A stretch of DNA of 64,000 bases, from the NCBI GenBank assembly GCA_023515725.1, contig JALDTO010000251.1:62001-126000 (forward strand), in the 5' to 3' direction. Below are positions 53,008 through 64,000 of this stretch, one piece after another. The notes below the pieces were generated by a model that had not been told where the DNA came from, did no database searches, and was given only the letters and a program-made list of their open reading frames with translations. The DNA comes from Amoeboaphelidium protococcarum X5. Lineage: Eukaryota > Fungi > Aphelidiomycota. Each line of letters begins with the position of its first letter. The stretch's first letter is position 1. The translations under genes and the position numbers were made by a program.

Positions 53008-55416
53008 ATGGCTTATATTACGTAGACTTTTATTGGGGCATTTCTAGTGTCTCTATTTTTGGGATGGACAGCTGCAATGAAGAATCCTTTCGCTAGGAAG
53101 CAATCGAAGAGCCCCAGCCACGGAGACATTTACTCTCTGTACCAGACTGCGATGCCTTTAGATGAAGACATGCATGTCGATGACGACACTGTGTAATACT
53201 CTCCGCTCGGTTCGCTGATTGACGCTGAGAATGTGCAGCAGGTGCCACCAGGTTTTAAGATTGCAATGATCGCAGACACTGGTCTTAATGTCTACTCCGA
53301 GAGATTATGGCTGAAACTAAGATCTGAAAAGGTGGATCTGGTGCTCCATCCGGGCGATTTCGCGTACAGATTCGACGAGGCGCGAAACTTCGCCAGCAAG
53401 ATCAATCAAATATTTCCACCTGATTAGATTCCATATGTTACAACTACGGGCGATCATGACATTAGAGAATTTTTGGTTTATCGTAATCTGCTGGTAAAGA
53501 GAGATTTGCAGAACAAGGAGTTGTAATGTGAAGGTAAGTGGGGATATTTCCATGTTTGCACGTACCGCGGCATTGTTATGGTTGGTGCTGGTCTGGCGCT
53601 GAAGGATATTCCCAAGAAGGTTGGCGAGAACTATGTTGCTCTATTTCATTAGCAATTGAAGCGATTTGAGAAATGGTAGTGGAAATTCTGCTTTTGGCAC
53701 AGAAATGCGAATAGATTCCAGGTTGGTGGTAAGAAAGATGGTATAAGCGAGATTTTCTATGATGTTTGCAAGGAACATGGTGCCACTATAGTCACTGGTC
53801 ATCAGCATACTTACTCGAGAACTCTTCCGCTGACCGATTTCAAGAATGGAATTGTATCTAAAGATGTCACCATGAATCCTCTTAATCGTTATGGTCAAAT
53901 TACTCGCGTCTTTCCGGGGTAATCATTCTGTATTGTGACTGGTCTGAGTGGAGCTTAACCTCGCCATTGGATAGCACCTAGAATCAAGGATGATTTCTGG
54001 GTCTCTGTGCTGGCAAAGTAAAACTTTTAGTCTGTCGGTGGGCTAACATGCACTCTCAATGATGACCAATAGTTTGATTGTGATTATAGAGATCTGGAGA
54101 ATGTTCTCGTGGATAAGTTTACAATCGTGTCTGAAAATTCCGCTGCTCTGTCTGGATACTCTCAGCTAGATCCTAATGATGTACCTCGTGTGTCCAGAGT
54201 TAAGCACACATACTGGTGGAGTCAGGCCACTGGTATATTTGCTAGTAGCTATCATTACCTAATCAAAATGATTATGGCTTTGAGATTTCGTACTTATGCA
54301 ATTCAGCCGTAACAGAATTTACAGTAAGAGAATCTAGACATGTCTGTGAAGATTGATGCGGCTTATCGCTCCTATTTGATTGAAGCCAATTTCCAACTAT
54401 TGTCTTCTGGAGATGAGATTGAGGGCTCTCACGGTAACAAGATTCATAAGTTACAGGTGGATATACCTGGTTTCACTGTGCCAGAGAATGTGGATTTCTT
54501 TAGATTGCGTCTGTAGCTGACTGGTCCTGATGCAAGGACGATAGGAAAGATGGATCAGCTGATGTCTGGCAGAAGAACGTGGCCAAAGTCGGTTCACTTT
54601 GTATTCAGAAATCAGAATATCCAACGGTCAACGTCTCCATTGAGCAAGATCATGGGAAAATCTACTGCATATTTTAGATCTCTGAGCATCAACAACCCCG
54701 CGAGAGATGGTTATCGCAGAGTGTTAAGCGACTCAGATTTCTCTTACGATGGTGATCAAGATTAGGCGTCTCCTCTCAAGGGGAATCAACGTCCAAAGCA
54801 AGGCTTCAGTACTAGGATGAAGAATGCAAAGACTTAGTTGCGTTAAATGTTTGATAAAACATAGTCCAAGTTCAAGTAGATGTTTACTCCTAAATAGAGA
54901 TAGTAGAAGCCAAAGTTACAGCGCGTCGATAGTAATAACAAGAGATCGTCGTGGAGTCTTGATTACGATCATGTCAAGGAGGCATCGACTAAAGTTGTCT
55001 GGGTGTCCAAAAACTTGGTGCAGCTCTCTAAGGAGTGTTTGAATAAGAGGAGACAGCAGCGTAGCAAGACTTTATCCACGGATAGAAGAGGTCATACTGA
55101 GATTGGTTTCTATAGAAGTGATGAGGCGGAACCATGCTCCATCTATCTGTATACTGATGAAGTTGGCAAACTGATGCTCGAGTCTGCAACCAGCAGTGAC
55201 ACTAGATTGGCACCGCGATGGATCATTGAGTACTAATACACCGACTACTTTACGCCTATGAATAACAACAAGAAGAATAATATTAATTAGAAGCAAGATA
55301 ACGCTGAAGAATCATAAGGATTAGGTAGACGTTAATCATTTTTGGGTTTGGAAGCTCTTCGTTAGTCTCTCAAGAAGAGTCCGGATTAGTCATTTAGCAG
55401 CAAGAGGGAGTTATGA
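53008..55416 (+). CDS. Secreted calcineurin-like metallophosphoesterase with C-terminal extension, about 802 aa
   Basis: Signal peptide; IADTG, HPGDFAY, TGDHD, FWH, TGHQHTYSRT. Confidence 0.85.
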
Positions 55417-55521
55417 TTTCCATTATTTTGATTTAGTAAAGATGTTTTAACTATACTCTTTTATTTTAAGGCTTAGGCCATCTTGAGAACTTGAGAGAGA
55501 GTGTGTGTGTCTGTGCGATCA

Positions 55522-56571
55522 TCAAATTGTATCCTATTCAGATGAAGAATTCCAGTACTTTGGGTTAGAGCGCAGCCAGTCTTAAGTCAACCTCAACCCC
55601 TCTTCAAATAAATATCGTGGTCTATATCCCAGATCTTTTAAAGCTTAGCCATCAATATAATAGCTAGAATCATTTACAACTCTATCTTAAACAAATTATA
55701 GTTTGAGCGTATGATCAGACATAAGCGCTGATATTCGATTGATCACTTCTAGATTAGAAAATTCAAAATTGCTTGCAACATTGAACACTTTAACTCCACC
55801 ATCAGTTTAGTTTTAAGATTATCCCATAATTAAGAGGATAGCATCAATATAATCTTGGATGTAAATGTATCTCCTTTTGCATGAACCATCGCCGTGTACA
55901 GGTACCGGTTAACCAGCGAGTAGACGCGTAATAGTCATTGGAATCAGTTTATCAGTGGATTATCGAGGCCCATATATATTGTTAGATCGCACTATGGTGT
56001 ATGAATTCATCTATGATATAGCGGCGTAAGAGCGAACAATTATCTCGCACTAAGCCTTACTCGCAGCGTATGGATTGGTGGGATTAAACACAGCCGGATT
56101 GTTTGATGATGATAATGGAGAGCCAGGTCCTAACACTTCATCCGTAGATATATGAATCAAATGTACAAATTGACGAAATGGATGTTCAGCTAGAGTCTAT
56201 AGGAGATTCAGAGTGGAGTCCACATTATTCTTCATTGTCTCATACGGGTGGGTGAAAGAGTAATCAACAGACGCCAATGCAGCCGCATGAATAACATATT
56301 CCAACCGAGTAATTCGTATCAACTACGCTTTCAAGTCTTTTAAATCAACCATATCACACTATAGTAGTTTTATGTTCTTATACAGCGTAGAACACTCTAA
56401 TTAATACGTGAGCGGAAACGAGACCTTGTCCAATGCTACAATGCTCATGTGAGGATACTGCGCAGCGAGTCTTAATACCAGATTAGATCCAACAAACCCA
56501 GCAGCTCCAGTTACGACTATAGATGCATTTTTAATATTTTAGAGATTGAAATTATCTTTGACTTCATTCAT
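55522..56571 (-). CDS. NDP-glucose 4,6-dehydratase-like extended SDR (RmlB/TGDS family)
   Basis: VTGAAGFVGSNL, HISTDEV, NPTNPYAASK, RSNNIYGPRQ, VHGDGS. Confidence 0.9.
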
Positions 56572-56795
56572 TTAGTCGGCGTATACATTAAAGTTGAATG
56601 TTTAAATTCTGCTGATCAAATTGACGTGAAGAATCGCGGGGGATTGCTCTTTGTTCGCTTAACGGTGCCTTCAGTATACAGACCGTGTAAAGGCTCATCT
56701 ATCTATTATTCAATTTTAGAAAGATGGGCGATAATTGGACAATAATTCAAACTTTAAAGTATTTATTCAGATATAAATTAATCTCTGTATTGTAT

Positions 56796-59756
56796 TCATC
56801 TATTCAATTAAGTGCCATCTTCTAATATGAAATCGCGCAGGAGATAATCAACGCAGTAAACGTCAGTGATCATACTATCAATGCGCGTAAAATGCTTCTA
56901 AGTATAAGGTATCAATGCTGCGAGTAGGTTCCTAATACCAGGCAGCTTGCATACTGATTCAACACTTTTCATGTCAAGTATACTGCAAAGCACTGCCTGA
57001 GCCACTTGGACGTAATGAATATTTGTATTCCAGTCGCGAATAAATGTAAGCATCTTGACCACATCCTGGTCAGTGTCGAGGGATTAAACAATCTCACTCA
57101 ATACCTTCTGATATGAATCTCCATTCTGAGCAATTAGACTTCTTAAAACTTGCGCACACTTTACATTCTTATCCATGCTGAACGCCAATCTGAATGCCTT
57201 GAGCCAATCTTGATTGTGCAAGTGATTACTCAGCGCCTACTCTTCCACCAACAACTGTTCAGCTTTGGCGTGCTCAGCCTCCAGCTATTCCGCAGTTTGA
57301 TCTATAAGCAGACTGATGGACGCATCGGAACTGCCTAGTGCAATTATACACTTCTTCCCACCTAGTTCATCCTCACCGAGCACAGAGTTGGCCCATATCT
57401 TGTCCTGATGCTCATCCAAAGTCAGTGCACAATCGCCAGTCTTGACGTTCCATAACTTTGACAAACCATCAGATCCACTAGATAATAACTACTAACCATT
57501 AGATAAGAAATTAAGTTTAAGTACCGAACCAGAATGACCTTCCAATGTTCTCACACAGCTGTAATCTCTCATGGACCATATGCGAACTGTTTTATCACCA
57601 GATGCAGAGGCCATCAGTAACTCGCCATTCGCCTAATGCGATTGGAATGTTATGTTCCATACACCACGTCGATGACCTTTTAGAGTTGCAATGTTAGTGC
57701 CCAGCTCTGAATTCCAAATTTTTATAGTCTTATCCTGACTTCCCGTGGCAAAGACTTTGCCATCATTAAGCGGGCATATTCTAACGCAGTTTACATCTTT
57801 ATCATGAGTCTTTACCGTATATAAGGAACTTAGTTATTGGGGTGCACTATTATTAGAAGAGTCGATGCCAATGCTAAAATTCCATCTCTTTACAGTGCGG
57901 TCATCACTGGCAGTAAGCAGGAAGCCTTTAATTGATTTTTAAGACTAATCAATAGATAAGCAGGTACTCAGAGATACAGACACAACAGCACCGGCATGAC
58001 CAACGCATTTACCGCATAATCTATACTTACCCGTGGAATGATCAATAAGCCATACAAGAGCCACATTATCTTTAGAACCAGTTGCAAACAAAGTATAATC
58101 ACCAACTTACTACTGATCAATACACAAGATTGGCTTCCTATGTCCCTAAAGCAATTCAACTTAACCCATAGCCATAAGCTTTTACTACTATTACTTGGTC
58201 CAAGAACGTTAAGTATCATCCTCTTCTACATCTTCTTTTAGATTTAAATCTTAAGATTTCACGTTCAACAGCACCAGGTCATTGCTAGATCCACAGGCAA
58301 CCAGCATTTAATGCTCCTCATTGCCATCTGAACAGATTTACCGAGGCAACAGAGCCAAATCAACTATTTCATCCCAAGCGCCAATCCATCTAGACTGTAG
58401 ACTGAGAGCTAAGGTTGATCTTGTACGTACATGATCCAAATTTATTTAATAAACATTCAACAGTGTGTTGGTCACTATAAAATGCTAATTCAGCTAGTCA
58501 AAGAACACATTATTAATCATAGTATCCCCATCCTGATCATTATCACCAGCATTCAGCGAGTAACTATTAACCTTCTCAAAGCTATCCATAGACCAAATGG
58601 AAACCTCATTCTTTGAACCGGCAATGTACATGTAAAGCTGACCATTACCCATTCGAAATAGTCCGCCACATTCAACAGAGTCCATTACGGCAAAAGAGTG
58701 TACATGTTCCAACTGACTATTACTGCCATTGACAGCGCTGCGATCCAACTCATCATCGGCATTGAACTTCAACAATGATACTGTCTAATCCCTACTACCA
58801 GTAAGCAGCCACTAGCCACACGGACTCCATGCCAAAGTCCGGATAATAGATGAATGAAGCCCGTCAATATGAGCAACTAAGCACTAAGCATCATTTCCCT
58901 TCTTTTTGCTTTTACTCTTATTCTTCTACTTTGCTTATTAACCTATAGAGGAAGATTATTAAAGCTAATCACCACCCATAAATGCTTCAGAGGATCCATC
59001 ACCTCTATGTACTCTCTAATTCATCCCAGTATCACTCTTTAATACAGCCGCTAGATCCCAAACTCTAACATTGCCATATTCATCAGCAGTCGCCACTACC
59101 CAGTCACTCTACGCATAATCATCAATGCTATCGGTATCCATATCATTGGACAAAGATGGCATAAACTTTACAGCAGTCACTAATCCTCGATGTCCTTTAA
59201 ACTAATGAGTACAAAACGGCATTGATTACACTTGAGGGGAAGACACAGCTTTGGATATATCCCAGCATTTGACAGTAGAATCTGCACTGCCCGTACATAG
59301 AATCACGCTTGTACCTACTCTCTTTACGTCCATACACAGCACCGGTGCTTCGTGACTCTTCCACTTACATACGGTCTTCTATGTTCTAAGACTGAATAGA
59401 CGCGTCCAGCATGATCTATATGACACCACCACTATCCCATTATGATGATTTAAAGGACTTGCACTAGATGTATTCATAGCGATATCCTCTTCACTCTCAA
59501 CATCAGACTCTGCACTACATGGAATATAATGAAGAGCGGCGATAGAGTCATCCTCATCTACATCGAGGTTGATGTTGTCCCCATCCGCAGCATCCAAATT
59601 ATCCATCTCATAATACAGTCCTGCAGCGGTATCACATATTGAGACATTCGCACCATTCGCTGCCAATAACAATCCATTAGAATCAGAATAGTGGGCAGCA
59701 TATCCATTATACCAACTCTTGACCTTTGTACTAACCTTGAAGGAACTCTTCAACAT
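56796..59756 (-). CDS. UTP13: U3 snoRNP WD40 protein Utp13/TBL3
   Basis: WD40 repeats (HDKDVNCV, GSQDKTIKIW, LKGHRRGVW) and a Utp13 C-terminus (WNTN..HYVQVAQ, YTQKHFTR). Confidence 0.93.
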
Positions 59757-60068
59757 TTTATTTCACGCGCTTCTTCAATATAATTCCTCTACTCTATTAA
59801 ACCAAATTGGAAGCGACTAATACAAAATTTTATGAATAGTATAGATGATAATAATCGTAAAGCCTTTATATGGCGTTTCTATCTATCACTATCTCCTCTA
59901 TTGATGGTGTTGTTGATGAAAACGAAGCAAAAGTCAATGAGGGAGAGAAACGCGCTTAGAATTTGACGCGTTTTCACTAACTGTCTCTTCACTTGTTAAG
60001 AAAGGAGATTGTAATCTAAAGTATATTATCTTGAATAATATAAAAGTGCCATATAGCAAAGTAATAGA

Positions 60069-62024
60069 ATGATTAGTACATTAGCTTGGGTTGGGAAAGG
60101 TGTCGCGAATGAGAGAGCGGTAAAGTAGGAGCTGGATGATGAAGAATATTAGAGAATATGTGAATTGACCAGTATGAATTTGGAAGATGCCAAGCAGTAG
60201 ATGGAGCAATCCATGAATTAGATAGCAGATGAGGATGGAGATGACAATATGGCTTAAGGTGATGATACATCTATGGTTAGTGATGGTGCTGAGTAGAGTG
60301 ACAGCGATATCAGTGTGCGCGATACCGACGATGTTGAAGAGCTGTTCGATATGAAGAATTACGATCAGGAAGTGACAACCGTGGAGGATCAGCTATTCAA
60401 TCCAATGGGCCAGGATCTTAAAGTATTTCGCCCGGATGGTGAAGATCCTTATATTAAGCTGGATGATCAGATGGCGGATAGCGATGAAGAAGAGGATCTG
60501 GTGATTGATTAGAAGGAGGATAATCTGATTTTGGTCGGCAAGACTGAGGATGATATATCAGTGTTGGAGTGTTATGTTTATAATGCTCACAGCGATTCTC
60601 TCTATGTCCATCACGATCTTATGCTTCCCTCATTTCCACTCTGTATTGAGCCTGTTAATTTTGCTGGTATAAAGAGTTAAGTTGGCTAAGAGAGTGCACT
60701 CGGTGTAGCTGGCGCTTGTAGAAACTATTGTGCTGTGGGTACGTTCAACTCTGAAGTTGAGATTTGGGATTTGAATGTTATCGATGCCATGTATCCTCAG
60801 ATGATACTCGGTGGATAATAGTAGTAGAAGTAGGTGGCTGAATAGTTGAGCAAGTCCAAGAAGAAAAATAGCAATAAAAGTGCTAAATCTAAGTAAAGTA
60901 CAAAGGTAAGTGAATAAGTCAGTGGACATTCAGATGCTGTATTGTCCATTTCGTGGAATAGATATGCACAGAATTTCCTAGTTACTGGATCTGCTGATGG
61001 TCGTATCATCTTATGGAATCTAGCGGGTGATGAAAACTAAGCTGGCGGTAAAGTTTTGAATGTATATGAACGCGTGCATGGTGGTGATAAAGTGTCATGT
61101 GTCAGGTTCAAGGATGGTTGGTACATGAAGTAGGCTGGTGGTGATAATAATAATAATTAAAAGCATCTATCTGACGCGTCATTGCTCCTCACTGGTGGAT
61201 ATGATGGTCGTGTATGCCTGTTGGATGTTCAGAAGCCCGTTGATAGTTGCCTATTATGTTCTTATGATCTCAAGTCTGATGTAGAAAGTATAAGTTGGGA
61301 TCCGTTCTATCCACAGAGATTTGTGGTTGGTTGTGATAATGGTAGAATCTATGTCTTTGACATTGATATGAAGAGTGGTAATGGTGGTTACAAGTTTGGT
61401 GCACCAAGTCTCACTATCGATGCTCACTCTAGTTCCATAACTAGTGTGGACTTTAATCAGCATATACCAGGTATGATTCTTACTTCATCAGCGGTTAGTA
61501 GTGCGGATGGTGCACTCAAGATTTGGGATATCGGAGCATGTATTGAGGATAATAATGGTGACGGTGCTGAAGTCTTATACGTGTCTGGCAAAAAGAAAAC
61601 AGCGTACCTGGCCAGTAGAGATACCGGTGCTGGTAAAGTGTTGAGTGCCAGCTTCTGTCCAGATAATCCATTCATGATTGCCGTCGGTGGATCTAGTGGA
61701 TAACTGTCTCTTTGGAATGTCAGTGAAAGTAAAGCGGTGAGAGAACACTTTCATAGACGCCGACTACCATCTTATCTTAGCCGTGATGATTAAATAGATG
61801 TTTAGGTGGTGAATATGAACAATGAGTTTAGCGTTACTATGAGCAGCGGAAATGAGGAGAATGACGACAAGTAGGAAGTGTCGGGGTTATCATCAACATA
61901 GTAATAGTAGTAGATTGAAAGTGACGATGACGAAGACGACGATGGTTATGACGATGAAGCTGAACTAGAAGAGACCATAATGGAGATGAAAGGCGTCGTT
62001 GTAGGTGATAGGTAAAAGGATTGA
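60069..62024 (+). CDS. PWP1: Periodic tryptophan protein 1
   Basis: MISTLAWVGKG start; DNLIL..KTEDDISVLECYVY; LYVHHDLMLPSFPLCIE; NYCAVGTF..EVEIWDL; WD40 repeats. Confidence 0.95.
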
Positions 62025-62072
62025 GATTAATATATATTTAGAAGTAGTACTCTCGTATAATCACAGCATAGT

Positions 62073-64000
62073 TCATGCATTTTACTTTTTCCATTGCTTG
62101 GCTTTAGAGAGCAGAGCAGCTAGGCCAGTACCACCAGAGATTGACGGCCTTTCAGGATCTTCTTTAACAGCTTCTGTCACCACAACAGTGTCCTCAGGAA
62201 ACTCATAATCATAATACTCAAGCATGGTGTAGTCAGCGTCATCATCTGGATTCTAACGCCTCCGCTTCTTGACTTGCTGAGGCATATTCTTCTAAAGTGT
62301 GCTGCGTATATCTTCCACTCTAGTACTGGCATCCAGTTCATCATAAAACTACTGCTCAAAATCCAGCCAAGTGATATAAAGCAATCTCCTCTCTTCACTT
62401 TGGCCGCTCTATTTGAACGACTCACAGCCTCTCTTAAACGTGGATCTTGCATTCTAGTAAGCCTTCTCTTATGGTGTGAGATCCGTATCGTTTTATTAGT
62501 CATGAGCAAGCAAGCACTAATGTTCAAATTCTGCCAGAGACACCCAAACTTTCGGATGACTGCTTCTCTGTAATAATCTCTCATACAAAGCACGAACTCT
62601 GTCCACACTCTTTACATCATCTGGCAGGATATTATCAACTTCGAAATCAATATAAGCCTTCCACAACACCTCAAGCATGTCCAAGTACTCTTATCTAATC
62701 CCCAGTTCATATATACCACGAGCGCGTTCAGTCTCACCTAGTAAAGATTCAAGCTCGGCATATTTGCACCATCCATAGACATTGGCAGCATCGTGTTGAA
62801 TAAACTTCTCGTACAATTTTCTACAGCGAGAGAACTCACGCAGAGACAGCTCAAGTTCAATGTAGCCCTTGAACAACTTTGGCGTCGGATGAACACCCAG
62901 CGCTTTGCCCAACAATTTCCTCGCATCAACCAAAGTTCCATGACGGATTTCGAATTTGGCAGCCAGTAACCAAATTTTGGCAAATGTAAAGTGCTAATGT
63001 GGAATCAATTTAAGACACGTATGATATACCTATCTTGCACGGTCATAATCTTTTACCATAAGCTCTTCAAAAATAGCATACTTGATCCACAAATATATAT
63101 AACGTCTCCACTATCTCTTATCCTCAGAAGATGACGGTACCTGGGCAATTGCGCGCTCATACACCTCTCTACATCTATCAACAACTTGCTTGAACTGAGC
63201 ATTGTTAACCATCGAGGACTACTTCATGTGAGACGATGCAGATTAAACATCTCGAGACAAAGACTGTAGAATACCCTCTTCCAAGTTGATATAATCAAAC
63301 CACACATCATAGTCTTATTGTTACAGCATGGCACTAGAATTTGTTGATATATCTTTAATCTACTACTCATACTCTTGACGCTTTTTCAGAATAATAACAG
63401 ATTCTATGTCCTCCTTATCACCATGCTATTATTCAAATAGAACATAATCAGATTACAACAACTACAATGACTTTTTATAATCATTCAGTAATTAGAGAGC
63501 CTTTTCATCAAACCGCTGAGCCAACAACTAATCCACCTCAGCAATTCTACGCTCTATATCCTCAATACCATACTTGAAGATGAATCTGGCACGTTCAATC
63601 TCTTTAAGACTAGATTCAAATTTAGCAAATTAGGAGCACAGCTTTACAGAATCAGAGCTATAATACTCATCAAATAGCAGTTCCATTGCATTAGTGTATA
63701 CTGCTCTAGCATTACCAACCTACTTACTCTCTATCTCCCACTGCGCCCACTGGATCCAGCACTCAACCACACAATGCACTCTACACATATCACTGTATAT
63801 TTACCTAATCTTTCCGGTATTCTTTAATCTACTTTCAAAACTAATGTACAGATTATAGGCATTAATAGATGGCTCCCATTTCATCCAGCGATCGAATATA
63901 AGACGCGCACTGCTCACATTACCCAGAGACTCTTCCATAAACGCATACTTGTAGCAGAAATCATCCACTCGAGGTAGAAGAGCAATGACGCGTTCATACA
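62073..64000 (-). CDS. CLF1: Pre-mRNA splicing factor Clf1/crooked neck (HAT repeats; 5' end beyond window)
   Basis: [61 protein letters not shown]-frame-corrected KAKQWK tail. Confidence 0.95.

Noticed and set aside
55494-55512. GA/GT microsatellite and similar CT/GA tracts in other intergenic regions
   Set aside because: Short simple repeats with no evidence of function.

Overview
Gene-dense eukaryotic nuclear DNA (about 37 protein genes, short intergenic spaces, few short introns) that uses a non-standard genetic code: TAA and TAG encode Gln and only TGA terminates (translation table 6-like). The supplied standard-code ORF track is therefore fragmented, and I re-read the genes with TAR=Gln. 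The fungal-type actin plus this code point to an aphelid such as Amoeboaphelidium protococcarum (inference). Housekeeping genes include SDH2, uL1m, TFIIS, ACADSB, RSC9/ARID2-like, NSR1, IMP3, PSF3, TRAPPC12, GMPPA, actin, RidA, GGPPS, SDA1, NAS2, UTP13, PWP1 and CLF1. There are also two forkhead factors, a CSL/Su(H) factor, and an apparently intact Sola-like DNA transposon with 24-bp TIRs whose transposase uses the host code. The most notable observations are: (i) three perfect CSL sites (CGTGRGAA) upstream of the CSL gene itself, suggesting Notch-independent autoregulation; (ii) all 14 introns I could define end in exactly TGTAG; (iii) a tandem pair of small secreted C-CCC-C-C proteins and a Kex2-type prepro-peptide, which are candidate parasite effectors. 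All identifications come from manual translation and motif recall; no database searches were run.
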